In this document: positions 10,227 to 20,081 of the stretch, piece after piece
How positions within the stretch are numbered: position 1 is the stretch's first letter
Layout of the letters: every line of letters starts with the position of its first letter
Origin: an uncultured cyanobacterium
GTDB taxonomy: Bacteria; Cyanobacteriota; Cyanobacteriia; Cyanobacteriales; Nostocaceae
Reading direction: 5' to 3'
NCBI GenBank assembly: GCA_963740315.1
Contig: CAVUDP010000002.1
Location: forward strand, 1,280,001 to 1,344,000
Length of the DNA stretch: 64,000 nt
Translations under genes and position numbers: made by a program
Notes under the pieces: model-generated
Database searches by the model: none
What the model was told of the DNA's origin: nothing
Seen by the model: only the letters and a program-made list of their open reading frames with translations

Positions 10227-10697
10227 TCAAGACAAAAACTTACTCAAATCAAATTCTTGCTGCTTATCTTCCTTAAACCTTTCCGCACTCAACATCAACA
10301 ACAGCCTTTCCGAATAATCTACCGCACCTCTTAATTCAGTTTGCAATATTTCCAAACCACCATTCGTATATTCTTCAAAAATATTATTACGCTCAGTTTG
10401 AGATTCTTCCTCAATTACCGAAAGTACTTTTATATCCTTAGTTTCAGTAATTCCGAGCAGTTTAATTACCCAGTCATAACCCATTGAAGCAAAAGTTTCG
10501 ACTTTAATAGGTGAAGGTTCCCTTTTAGAAATTTCCCCCAAAACCACTCTACGATTATGCTTTTTACCCAAAGTAGCCGCAAAAACTACCACATCGGCAA
10601 AAGTTTGAAAAGGTCCCGTTGCACCATTCCAAGATGTTAAACTTTGTACTAACTCCGCCTTATCTTTTGCAACCCTTATTCTTCCAGTTTCAGCCAT
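10227..10697 (-). CDS. dnd system-associated protein 4 (DndE-like, PbeD-like)
   Basis: 156 aa, GPFQTFADVVVFAA and IFEEYTNGGLEIL motifs; follows the SMC-like ATPase. Confidence 0.75.
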   Translation of the reverse strand: MAETGRIRVAKDKAELVQSLTSWNGATGPFQTFADVVVFAATLGKKHNRRVVLGEISKREPSPIKVETFASMGYDWVIKLLGITETKDIKVLSVIEEESQTERNNIFEEYTNGGLEILQTELRGAVDYSERLLLMLSAERFKEDKQQEFDLSKFLS

Positions 10698-10880
10698 TTT
10701 CAGTTATCAGTGAACAGTGAACAGTCATCAGTTATCAATTATCAATTATCATTCGTTCATGGTTGATTTTTATTTTCCTTTGCTTTTGTAAATGAAACAC
10801 AATATTTTTTAAATTACTAATTCTCTTTCACTCTTCCTCTGCGCTCTCTGCGACTAGTAAGGTTTTTTAACCACAATATT

Positions 10881-10947
10881 GGTGCGTTACGGCATTTTAT
10901 AATTTATAAGCTAAAAACAAATTTGCTCGTGCCGTAACACACCCTAC
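10881..10947. repeat. GTAGGGTG-type REP-like palindrome
   Basis: GGTGCGTTACGGCA...TGCCGTAACACACCCTAC; related copies near 13648, 13762, 13904, 23278, 56400. Confidence 0.7.
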
Positions 10948-10992
10948 AATCTATTGCTCATTGATAATTGATAATTGATAATTGATAATTGT

Positions 10993-13059
10993 TCACTCCC
11001 TCTCAACCTCGACAATTTCACTATACTCAAACTCATTCGGACTTTGTTTCACTAAAGGATATCTTTCCCCACTCAATTCAATAAAATCTTGTTCGCAATT
11101 GGGTTTGGAAGAATAATAAGTCAACACATATTCTCTACCAACTCGGTATGACATTTCGTCTTCTACTTCACCCCTCCATTGAGTTTTAGTTACCAATACG
11201 ATTAATTGATTTGCTAATTTTGGAATGATTTGAGCTATGTGCTTTCGATAAATTACATCTAAGCTTCCGAAAGGTGAATCCATCACAATCGGAAAGGTGC
11301 TGCTATCTGCTACCATGAGCATTTTATTTTGACTCCAATCTCGCACGCGATCGATAATGCTGCTAATAAATGATAAACTGAGAACTTGATTTTCTCCGGT
11401 AGATGCTGCAACTGGCATTGCTAAACCAGAAGTATTTTCTATTAGCGTTAATTCGTATTTTTCACTGATTGTGGGAATATAAGGTGTAAAGGAAATTTCG
11501 CTAAATATCTCCTGCACCCGTTTTTCTAACTGCAAGCGGAATTGCTCTTCCTGCAAAACTTTGACTTGGGTTAATCTATCGATCGCGTCTTGTGTGGCGC
11601 TGATGCGACGCTGTGCTAATATCTGTTTTTCTTCGTTTAATTTCTGCTTGGATATTTGTTTATTCAAACTTTCCAATTCTGTTTTTAAGTTAATTACTTT
11701 CTGCTGGTTTGCACCTTGTTCTAAAGTTAACTCTGTAATCTTCTCTTCAATTTTATCCAAACGCTTTTGTAAACTTCTAATCTCTTCACTAGGATCTTTT
11801 CTTAATCTTTCTTCAATATTATCCAACTCTGCTTCAATTTCAGCTATAACCTGTCTTAACTGACTGATTCTAGTTTGTTCCTTATCAATTTCTTCCCAAA
11901 ATATCGCTGCTTGTTTGTGACTTTCATCAACTTGAGCGCTGATTCTAATTGCTGTTTCTTCAACTTCGGAGGAGCCAGCTTTCTTCAACCAAGTTTCGAC
12001 ATTTGCGCGAGTTGTACTTTCTTGATTCAAACTCGTACCGCAAATACAGCTACTTGATTTTAATAGCTCTTGAATAAATTCCCGCGAAATCCCTGTAGTT
12101 AACTTTCCTTTCTGCTTCAAATTATCAACAATTTCTCGAAACTGTACTGTTGTTTCCGGTAATAATACTGTATAGCCGCGTGTGGATATGGCTTTTTTGA
12201 TAGTTTCTCTAGTTTGCCGCAAATTATCTTGATGCGACGCTTTCTGTTTTTCTAATTCCTGTCGCCTTTCCTGTAAATCCTTTGCCGCATTCAATTCCCG
12301 CAAACGTTTACTAGTTTCTTTTTTAAAAGTATTTTGATATTCTAACTCTTTAACTATTTCTTGCTGTCGTTTGCTAATTATTTCAATTTCAAGCTCAATT
12401 TTACCCTGCTGTTTCAATAGTTTTTTAATTTCCGAATCACCAATTATTCTCAACTCATTTTCTAAGCTTTTCTTGGCTTCTTGTAAATGTCGAATCGAAC
12501 GATTGATTACCTCAACCCCCAAAAAGATTTTAGTAGCTTCAGCAATTTCTGCCTTCTTATCGGAACGAACTATTTCTTCAATTCGTTCGCCATCGAAAAA
12601 GAAATATTGATGTAAACTTGCAGGTAGAATTTGTCCGATAATATCTTCCGGCTGTTGCGGTGGCAGATACCATCTACCGTCATCTCCCGCTACCTGCATA
12701 TATATTTCTGTTTTACCAACATCAATATCTTGCTGGTGTTTGTAAACCCGACATTGGCGTTTTACTCGATAGCGTTTCCCGTCATGTTCCCACGCTAACT
12801 CCACCCAACATTCCACACTCTGCCCAATTTTAGCTTCAGCGATCGCTCTTTTATTTACAAGTTGATCGATTGAGGCAAAAGCTGCACTAAATTTTTCGTA
12901 CAATACCCATGTAAATGCATTCAGCAAACTCGTTTTACCCGCACCATTATTACCGTAAATAATAGTAGTATTGTTTGAGTTTGTCCCAGCAAGAGTTATT
13001 TCACAAGTTTTACCGTAAAAAGAGCGAAAGTTACAAAGCTTAATAGAAGTCAGCTTCAT
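10993..13059 (-). CDS. Rad50/SMC-like ABC ATPase, DndD paralogue (PbeC-like)
   Basis: GNNGAGKT, FFFDGE, CICG at the coiled-coil midpoint, ASTGENQ, VMDSPFGSLD. Confidence 0.85.
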   Translation of the reverse strand: MKLTSIKLCNFRSFYGKTCEITLAGTNSNNTTIIYGNNGAGKTSLLNAFTWVLYEKFSAAFASIDQLVNKRAIAEAKIGQSVECWVELAWEHDGKRYRVKRQCRVYKHQQDIDVGKTEIYMQVAGDDGRWYLPPQQPEDIIGQILPASLHQYFFFDGERIEEIVRSDKKAEIAEATKIFLGVEVINRSIRHLQEAKKSLENELRIIGDSEIKKLLKQQGKIELEIEIISKRQQEIVKELEYQNTFKKETSKRLRELNAAKDLQERRQELEKQKASHQDNLRQTRETIKKAISTRGYTVLLPETTVQFREIVDNLKQKGKLTTGISREFIQELLKSSSCICGTSLNQESTTRANVETWLKKAGSSEVEETAIRISAQVDESHKQAAIFWEEIDKEQTRISQLRQVIAEIEAELDNIEERLRKDPSEEIRSLQKRLDKIEEKITELTLEQGANQQKVINLKTELESLNKQISKQKLNEEKQILAQRRISATQDAIDRLTQVKVLQEEQFRLQLEKRVQEIFSEISFTPYIPTISEKYELTLIENTSGLAMPVAASTGENQVLSLSFISSIIDRVRDWSQNKMLMVADSSTFPIVMDSPFGSLDVIYRKHIAQIIPKLANQLIVLVTKTQWRGEVEDEMSYRVGREYVLTYYSSKPNCEQDFIELSGERYPLVKQSPNEFEYSEIVEVERE

Positions 13060-13244
13060 TTTACAGCTTCCTTGACTATTGCTAAAATATCTTCGTTAAT
13101 ATGACCGAAACTTTTTTTATCAAGTCTGCTTTTTTCTAAATGCCATACTTGCTCGATAATTTGCCGTACTTCTGGTGAAGCGCACTTTATTGGTTCTTGA
13201 ACTTCATCTATATTATGCTTTTTTTCCATTACAGTTTTTAACAT
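13056..13244 (-). CDS. small protein coupled to the ATPase (PbeB-like); start may be ATG at 13229
   Basis: Stop overlaps the ATPase start (ATGA); plausible helical 57-62 aa product. Confidence 0.65.
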   Translation of the reverse strand: MLKTVMEKKHNIDEVQEPIKCASPEVRQIIEQVWHLEKSRLDKKSFGHINEDILAIVKEAVK

Positions 13245-13642
13245 AGCAATCCAAGCTATATTTTACCTGTAGTCGCTATACTCTGTTATCCGTAAACTCA
13301 CTGTAACGATGTTTGCTTCAATTATGCTTTTAAGGCTGATTATTATTAGTCAACTGTTCTATGAATGTATTATTTGAAACCCTTAATAAGGTTTAATAAA
13401 TAAATTTGATGTGTAATAATATGTAAAGAAATTTAAATCATTTTTTACTATTTCTCTCAAAAAAAATATTTATTTTAGAACCCCTTTTCTGGTATATTTT
13501 TTATATAAAGTATTTATTATAATGGAAATATTAGTGCTTTTAAAAATTTGGCTAATATCCCCATTATAAAAATATCTATCTCTATATTTAATTATCCCAC
13601 ATCGCGGGCATTTTTATTTTTTTTTCAACGCAAAGGAACGAA

Positions 13643-13867
13643 AGTTTGTAGGGTGTGTTATGGCGCGACAGGCAATTCCGGCGATCGCAAAATACTATTT
13701 TTTGCGCCTAACGCACCGTTTTAATATACTAGAAGTTATATATTTGAAAAAAATTCAGTTTGTAGGGTGTGTTATGGCGCGACAGGCAATTCCGGCGATC
13801 GCAAAATACTATTTTTTGCGCCTAACGCACCGTTTTAATATACTAGAAGTTATATATTTGAAAAAAA
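13643..13867. repeat. 114-bp tandem duplication containing a GTAGGGTG REP-like element and a HIP1 site
   Basis: 13643-13753 is repeated essentially exactly at 13757-13867. Confidence 0.9.
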
Positions 13868-14182
13868 GAATTTCAGTTATTTAGTTATGCAACAATCTCG
13901 GATGGTGCGTTAAATGCATCAAAGTTATCGTTTAGATTTGTAAATAGTCCTGCATCTAACACACCCGACAAAAAAATAAATTTATTTAGAGCGCTTTCTT
14001 GATATTATATTTATATAAAACATTTTATTACAATGGGAATATTAGTGCTTATAAAAATTTGGCTAATATCCCCATTATAAAAATATCTATCTCTATATTT
14101 AATTATCCCACATTGCGGTCGTTTTTCTTTTTTTAACGAATAAATTGAGAAAATTTTTTTAACCCAATGCCCAATGCCCAAA

Positions 14183-15670
14183 TTAAACATCCATCAACCC
14201 ATACCGTTTTTGTAAATCCAGCAATTTCATCCTCGCTTCACCAGCATTGTCAGCTAAATCGGCAAACTCAACAAAGCGTCGCAACTCTTTTCTTAACAAA
14301 TTGCGCTCCACTTCCAAAGTATTTCTATCTAAGTCTGGAGGCAACACAATCATATCGAATATAGTTGCACGTTCCTTGCCGGGATGAGGGCGTAAAACAC
14401 GTCCCCGTCGCTGGATAAATTGACGAGGATTGCTCGAACTTGCTAAAATCACGGCTGTTTTAATCGCTGGAATATCGACTCCTTCATCCAAACAGCGAAT
14501 TGCAACTAAACCTTGTAATTCTCCGCTTTCAAACTGATTTCTTAAAGCTTCTCTCTCTACCAAAGAAGTTTCCGCCGTATAAGTACTAACTCTATAACCT
14601 AAATCAACTCCTAAAATGCGAGTTACTTCCTTCAATTGACGCAAATTTGCACGCCCTTCTGCTTCCTGGGAACCATCGCTGCAATAAAATAATGTATGAG
14701 TAGTTTCGCGACGAGTTAACATCAATTCCCGTAAAGCATTCAATTTATTTTCCGCAGCACTTACCAACCTCGCACGCTGAATTAATAAAGATTTGATATC
14801 TTCATTGCCTTCAATATCGATTAAATCGCCATCTCGCTGCTTATAGCTCAAAACACGTCCAATTTTTCGCGTCAATTTCGCATAAGCAAGACTTTCCGAT
14901 TCAGTCAATTCTATTAGTACCGGATAATAAAGATAGCTAACCAAAGCACCTTGAGCGATCGCATCTCTCAAAGTAAATTCCGGTTGCAAAACCGCACCAA
15001 AATAATTCAATACAGACTGAGTTCCTTCCTCATCAAAATATCTTTCCGGTGTTGCAGATAACCCCAATCTTAAGCCGACATTGCGCGGTAAACTTTCCTC
15101 TAACTTGGGTGAACCTAAATTATGTGCTTCATCACCAATAATCAAAGTTTTTTCAGGAAAGTATTTCAATTGAGATTGGAAACCATCACTTATCAAAGTT
15201 GAATTAGTAGTAATTACCGTGAGAAACTGTTGAGAACCAGAACGCACATTATAAAGCTGCTCCGAAAGCTGCGTTTGCCAAGTGCGGACATTTTCAAAAG
15301 CTAGAATCGGCTGTAAACCAAACTTTTCGCATTCCCGCGCCCATTGGGTAACAAGATGGCGGTAAGGACATACCACCAGCAATACTTGCAAATTAATTTG
15401 ACTATATAATTCCCAAGTAACTGCTAGTGCTGTAATAGTCTTACCGCTACCAGTCGCCATTTTCAAAGTACCCCTACCATTATTAGCAAACCAATTATTT
15501 ACAGCTTGCTTTTGGTAGCCTCGCAATTGCAGAGATGGCGGAATTTTCGGACATCCCGGTAATGGCTGTTTTGCTCGATAAGTACCCTTCTTTTCCCCTG
15601 CATAACCTATATAAGGAATTTTCAGACGAAAAGTAATTGGTGTCTTAGACTTTTTTGGCGTTAGATACAT
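14183..15670 (-). CDS. SF2 DEAD/DEAH helicase of the dnd-associated restriction type (PbeA-like)
   Basis: LRGYQ, MATGSGKT, DEAH, LGLSATP, CLDEGVDIP, QRRGRVLR. Confidence 0.85.
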   Translation of the reverse strand: MYLTPKKSKTPITFRLKIPYIGYAGEKKGTYRAKQPLPGCPKIPPSLQLRGYQKQAVNNWFANNGRGTLKMATGSGKTITALAVTWELYSQINLQVLLVVCPYRHLVTQWARECEKFGLQPILAFENVRTWQTQLSEQLYNVRSGSQQFLTVITTNSTLISDGFQSQLKYFPEKTLIIGDEAHNLGSPKLEESLPRNVGLRLGLSATPERYFDEEGTQSVLNYFGAVLQPEFTLRDAIAQGALVSYLYYPVLIELTESESLAYAKLTRKIGRVLSYKQRDGDLIDIEGNEDIKSLLIQRARLVSAAENKLNALRELMLTRRETTHTLFYCSDGSQEAEGRANLRQLKEVTRILGVDLGYRVSTYTAETSLVEREALRNQFESGELQGLVAIRCLDEGVDIPAIKTAVILASSSNPRQFIQRRGRVLRPHPGKERATIFDMIVLPPDLDRNTLEVERNLLRKELRRFVEFADLADNAGEARMKLLDLQKRYGLMDV

Positions 15671-15856
15671 AAAATGGCAGCTACCCTGGGTAATTCGTGA
15701 TTCGTAATTAAAAAGATGGGGAGAGGGGGAGACAAGGGGACAAGGAGATGGGGGGATGGGGAGACAATTATTAACTTTTAACTCCTAACTCCTCATTCCT
15801 AACTCCTCACAATGCCCCATGCCCAATGCCCCATGCCCAATGCCCGATTCCCTTTC

Positions 15857-16465
15857 TCAGTTGTAATTACGCCAAACGGCAACCAGCGAACCTTGCACCT
15901 GTACTTGCCCCGCATCAACTTCAATTGGCTGATATTTAGAGTTTGCAGGTTCGAGGGTAATCCGTTCGGTACTTGTACGATAAAACCGCTTTAATGTGGT
16001 ACCGTGCCCGTCTACCATTGCGGCGACAATGGTACCGTCTTTGAGCATATCTGGCTCTTGTACCGGACGCAAAAATACCATGTCTCCATCAACTATGGAA
16101 TCTTCAATCATGCTGTCGCCAGTTACCCGCAAAGCATAAGTTTGAAAAGGTAATTTGATCTCTTTAAAATCCAAATGCTCCACAGCATCGGTAAACGGTT
16201 CAATTAAACCACCAGCAGCTATGGTTCCCAAAATCGGTACGCCCGGTTCTTCGGGATGCAAAACTCTAATAGTCCGGGCTTTACCTTCACTCCACTCAAT
16301 ATATCCTTTGTTGCGTAAATGCTCCAAACGGCTTTGAATGGGTGCTGGTGACTTCAAATTCATCGCTTGCATCATCTGACGAATTGAAGGTGAATGCTGA
16401 CGCATTCGGATATATTCCGTCAGCCAATCGTAAAGTTCTCTTTGTGCTTCTGTCAGTTTTTCCAT
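15857..16465 (-). CDS. lexA: LexA transcriptional repressor
   Basis: wHTH N-terminus (SPSIRQMM), Ala-Gly cleavage site IAAG, Ser in GDSM, Lys in TLKR. Confidence 0.95.
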   Translation of the reverse strand: MEKLTEAQRELYDWLTEYIRMRQHSPSIRQMMQAMNLKSPAPIQSRLEHLRNKGYIEWSEGKARTIRVLHPEEPGVPILGTIAAGGLIEPFTDAVEHLDFKEIKLPFQTYALRVTGDSMIEDSIVDGDMVFLRPVQEPDMLKDGTIVAAMVDGHGTTLKRFYRTSTERITLEPANSKYQPIEVDAGQVQVQGSLVAVWRNYN

Positions 16466-16498
16466 AGATTTATAGGGAAGTAAAATACAAATGTCCCT

Positions 16499-16512
16499 AG
16501 AACATTAGTACT
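16499..16512 (-). promoter_or_regulatory. cyanobacterial LexA box (autoregulation)
   Basis: AGTACTAATGTTCT about 35 bp upstream of lexA matches RGTACNNNDGTWCB; degenerate second box GGGACATTTGTATT adjacent (16484-16497). Confidence 0.8.
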
Positions 16513-16647
16513 ACAAAAAACCTCATTCCGGCAAAGTTTTTTGCCTTTTATATTGCAATTTTTTAAAGAAATTTAGAATCTTAAGTGGAAACCGGGGAGA
16601 TTTTGGATAGTAATTAAGAGAAAATCCAAAATCCGTCTTCCTAAAAT

Positions 16648-17574
16648 TTAAACTGGTTCGGCTTCTAAAATGCTGGCAAGTAAAGCCTTTTGAGCGTGGA
16701 GTCGGTTTTCTGCTTGTTGCCAAACTCGCGAATGTTCGCCTTCAATAACATCATTTGTTATTTCTTCATCGCGATGGGCTGGTAAACAGTGCAGAACGAT
16801 CGCTTTTGGGTCAGCAAAACTCAACAATTCCTGATTAATTTGGTAGGGTTTAAAAATTGGCATTCGGTCAGAAGCTTCTTCTTCTTGTCCCATACTTGCC
16901 CAAACATCAGTATAAAGTATATTAGCATTCTTTGCGGCGATTTGAGGATCTTTGGTAATAATAATTTCAGTTTTTCCACTTGAAATTGCCCGTGCTTGTT
17001 CTACAACATCTGAAGAAGGTTCGTATCCGTTGGGAGTGGCAATTTTCACGTTCATACCTACCAAAGCACACCCCAACATCAAGGAATTTGCAACATTATT
17101 ACCGTCGCCAACATAAGTTAAAGTCAAACCTGTCAAAGTTTGAAATTCCTCTTGAATTGTCAATAAATCCGCCAAAATCTGACAGGGATGCTCTAAATCT
17201 GTCAGGGCATTAATTACCGGAATTTGAGCATAATTTGCAAAAGTTTCTAATTCAAGATGTTCAAAGGTACGAATTGCCAAGATATCAAGATATCTATCCA
17301 AAACTCTTGCCGTATCTTTAATTGGTTCCCCGCGACTAACTTGGGTAACATTAGGATTGAGATCGATAACCTGCCCGCCTAACTGATACATTGCAACCGT
17401 AAAACTTACCCGCGTTCGAGTAGAAGCTTTAGAAAATAGAAGTCCCAATACTTTATTACACTGCAATTTCAACTGTTGTGATTTTAATTGAGTTGCCATC
17501 TGCAAAAGTTCTTCGACTTCCACCGCGCTCAAATCTGCTACGCTCAATAAATCTCTTTGGCTTAACGCTGTCAT
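16648..17574 (-). CDS. argF: ornithine carbamoyltransferase
   Basis: STRTRVSF, HPCQ, SMG, HCLP motifs. Confidence 0.96.
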   Translation of the reverse strand: MTALSQRDLLSVADLSAVEVEELLQMATQLKSQQLKLQCNKVLGLLFSKASTRTRVSFTVAMYQLGGQVIDLNPNVTQVSRGEPIKDTARVLDRYLDILAIRTFEHLELETFANYAQIPVINALTDLEHPCQILADLLTIQEEFQTLTGLTLTYVGDGNNVANSLMLGCALVGMNVKIATPNGYEPSSDVVEQARAISSGKTEIIITKDPQIAAKNANILYTDVWASMGQEEEASDRMPIFKPYQINQELLSFADPKAIVLHCLPAHRDEEITNDVIEGEHSRVWQQAENRLHAQKALLASILEAEPV

Positions 17575-17888
17575 ACTTTTTTAATTACTTTTAAGGACAA
17601 TTAGCTATTATGCCGAATCTGTTTAGACAATTATCAAATAAATTTTAAAATCCTCCAGTTTTCTTTGAAATGCCCGAATTTCAAGATAACTTGTAGAGGT
17701 GGCAGAAAAGTTTTAATTTTTTTTATGTTTAGCATTCTATTTTTCTATTACAGTACCCGTGGTTTCAGGTGCGGGTAAATCACTCTCCGGACAGATAAAA
17801 ATATTTACCTTATCTGCTCGTTTAAAATAAATCGGGGGCTTTACAATATTATTTTTTCTGGTACAATTACAAAGTTAGTATGTCTTTT

Positions 17889-17960
17889 GCCAGCATGGCT
17901 CAGTGGTAGAGCAACGCACTTGTAATGCGTAGGTCGTCGGTTCAAATCCGACTGCTGGCT
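17889..17960 (+). tRNA. trnT: tRNA-Thr(UGU)
   Basis: Acceptor GCCAGCA/TGCTGGC, anticodon arm ACGCA-CTTGTAA-TGCGT, TTCAAAT T-loop. Confidence 0.95.
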
Positions 17961-18102
17961 TTTTGATTAAATATTTTTTGTCAGAAAGTTTTGTTGTCGT
18001 ACAGTGACAGATTATTTGCGATCTAACCACTGGTGACAAATTAGTATCGTCGAACTTAATAACTAATATTTGTTTTTATTTTAACGAGTTTACGTAAATA
18101 CT

Positions 18103-19515
18103 TCATCTACGAGAGAAGAAGCTGGTGAGTTTGGGCATTATACTGGGAATTATTATATACGCTAGTAAACCAGTTAATGCTCCTATTCCTAAACTCCAGG
18201 CAAAAGCTTGAGCTTGATATGCCAAGGGATTTTTGTTTTTGGGGACTTCGGCTAGGATAACAGCAGAAACTATTTGGCTAGTAGCGAGTCCGATACCTAC
18301 GGCAGCAATAGTATTATTTATAGAGCGGTCATTTTTAGTTTGTTCTATCTCAATAATTCCGCGTACCGTACTAATTAAGTCTTCTATTATTCTTAAGCTG
18401 GCACTAAGGCTAGCACAATCTTGTTGTATCTGAACTTCGTATTTATTTTTAACAGTTTTGGTAAATTTTTCTAAGCATTTTAAGTTAGTGTCACCTAATG
18501 TACTGTCATTTTGTTGTTTTTCTTTGGCTTTATTTTCAATATCTTTTATAAAATTTTGATAGTTTTGTAAATTATTTTCTATTGCTAAACGTAGTATTTC
18601 TAAAAAACCTAGCTTGCTGGCATAATCAGATAGTTTTACTATACTTTGGCTTAAAATTTTCTGTAAATCTTGTAATTCTTGTGAGGATATTTTCCGATCT
18701 GCAAAGGCATAATCAATCTTGTTGACTCGATTAATATTCTCTGAAACATCCTTAAATATGACTTTGAGTTTCGTGGTGAGTTGGCGACTATATGCGTATT
18801 CCCAAATAATTTTATTCCGCATATTAAATAATCGTAGCCAATCACCATAAAATTCTGCGGCTACTTCCATATTCCACAGATTACTATACAGGATAATCAG
18901 AACATGAATATTTTCTTGCTCGACATTGAGCCATTTTTGCGGTGGCTTCCAGATTTCAAAAACTGTTGCACCGAGGAATTTTCCTGGTTCTAGATTTTGA
19001 CATTCAATATTTTCTAAAATTTTGTATGTTTCTTTGGCGATCGCTTCTGGCTCTGGTTTGGTTCCTGGAGCCAGGGAACCGGAAACCATCCAAGTTTTGC
19101 CGATACTACCGCTTTTTGTTACTGCTTGTTGTTTGAGATTTTTGAAAACATCTATTGGCTGAGGATGATTTCTATCATCAATAGAACAATCAAAAATCAG
19201 CCCGTAAGTATCGTATAAACGAATTGGGTAATAGTAGCCTTCTAATTTATAGCTGTCGCTAGTGTCTGTAAAATAATAGTGATTATCTTGAATATTAAAT
19301 TGTTGTTTTGTCGGTTGTTCGATTAATTCTTCAATTAATTTAATATATTCCGGGTTTTCTCCCTTTTCTTCTTCTTCTAAATTTACCTTGATTTTATCTG
19401 GTAGGTTTTGCCAGAAGCTTTTATGATTTTCTTTAATTTGCTCGTCACTATCACCCAAACCATTTCTGAATTGGTAAAGAAACAAATCTAAGGTAGGGTA
19501 TATAATTTCTTTCAT
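18103..19515 (-). CDS. hypothetical membrane protein: globular N-terminus, coiled stalk, two C-terminal TM helices (CorA-like layout, no GMN motif)
   Basis: 470 aa; hydrophobic segments IAAVGIGLATSQIVSAVILA and FAWSLGIGALTGLLAYIII; last gene of the CHAT operon. Confidence 0.7.
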   Translation of the reverse strand: MKEIIYPTLDLFLYQFRNGLGDSDEQIKENHKSFWQNLPDKIKVNLEEEEKGENPEYIKLIEELIEQPTKQQFNIQDNHYYFTDTSDSYKLEGYYYPIRLYDTYGLIFDCSIDDRNHPQPIDVFKNLKQQAVTKSGSIGKTWMVSGSLAPGTKPEPEAIAKETYKILENIECQNLEPGKFLGATVFEIWKPPQKWLNVEQENIHVLIILYSNLWNMEVAAEFYGDWLRLFNMRNKIIWEYAYSRQLTTKLKVIFKDVSENINRVNKIDYAFADRKISSQELQDLQKILSQSIVKLSDYASKLGFLEILRLAIENNLQNYQNFIKDIENKAKEKQQNDSTLGDTNLKCLEKFTKTVKNKYEVQIQQDCASLSASLRIIEDLISTVRGIIEIEQTKNDRSINNTIAAVGIGLATSQIVSAVILAEVPKNKNPLAYQAQAFAWSLGIGALTGLLAYIIIPSIMPKLTSFFSRR

Positions 19516-19540
19516 GAAGTCATTATTCGCTAATCAGCAC

Positions 19541-19681
19541 TTAATAATTTTTATGATTCTGTTTTTGTGATTTTTTCGGCGTTGGAGGGTTAATATTTAA
19601 CGGTTTTAAATCATCAGATTTTGGCTTATCTTTGCTAACGGGAAAGCCTTGCTTTTGTTCATTAGGTGCTTCTTGACTCAT
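19541..19681 (-). CDS. 46-aa microprotein paralogous to the C-terminus of the 120-aa protein (absent from the ORF track)
   Basis: Hand translation MSQEAPNEQKQGFPVSKDKPKSDDLKPLNINPPTPKKSQKQNHKNY*; fills the operon gap with 26 and 25 bp spacers. Confidence 0.7.
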   Translation of the reverse strand: MSQEAPNEQKQGFPVSKDKPKSDDLKPLNINPPTPKKSQKQNHKNY

Positions 19682-19707
19682 AATTATTTACTGCTTTTAT
19701 TTGTTGA

Positions 19708-20070
19708 TTAGGTGGACGTAGAATGTTGGGAATTTGAATTACTTGATGATGGGGTAGGAGGGTTAGTATTTCTGGAACCGAGTTCTTCTTGCTTGGGGTT
19801 ATCGTTTTTTACAGGAAAGCCTTTATTGCGTTCTTGTTCGCTTTCTTGTTTTTTTAAGTTTCGTCTTTGAGCATCATAAATTTTTTTCAGTGGTTCGCAT
19901 TTTTTGAATAAGCTATCAAGCTGCTTAATTGTATCTTCTGTTGCTTGCTCGTTCAAAGCCTTACACAATACATTTATTTCTTTTTGTATTTCCTGCGGCA
20001 GAGTTGATACATCAAATTGGTCAACTGCACTTAAGAAAGCTTCTCTGCGAATCGCATATTTTGCTTGCAT
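19708..20070 (-). CDS. small CHAT-associated protein (helical N-terminus, disordered tail)
   Basis: 120 aa, starts 11 bp after the CHAT gene stop. Confidence 0.75.
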   Translation of the reverse strand: MQAKYAIRREAFLSAVDQFDVSTLPQEIQKEINVLCKALNEQATEDTIKQLDSLFKKCEPLKKIYDAQRRNLKKQESEQERNKGFPVKNDNPKQEELGSRNTNPPTPSSSNSNSQHSTST

Positions 20071-20081
20071 AATTTTTGAGT

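Noticed and set aside
13643..13867. Possible CRISPR array (also considered 24100-24160, 27570-27630, 29653-29717)
   Set aside because: Units are tandem copies with no unique spacers, and there are no cas genes
13660..13884. 74-aa ORF with an internal duplication
   Set aside because: By-product of the 114-bp non-coding tandem repeat
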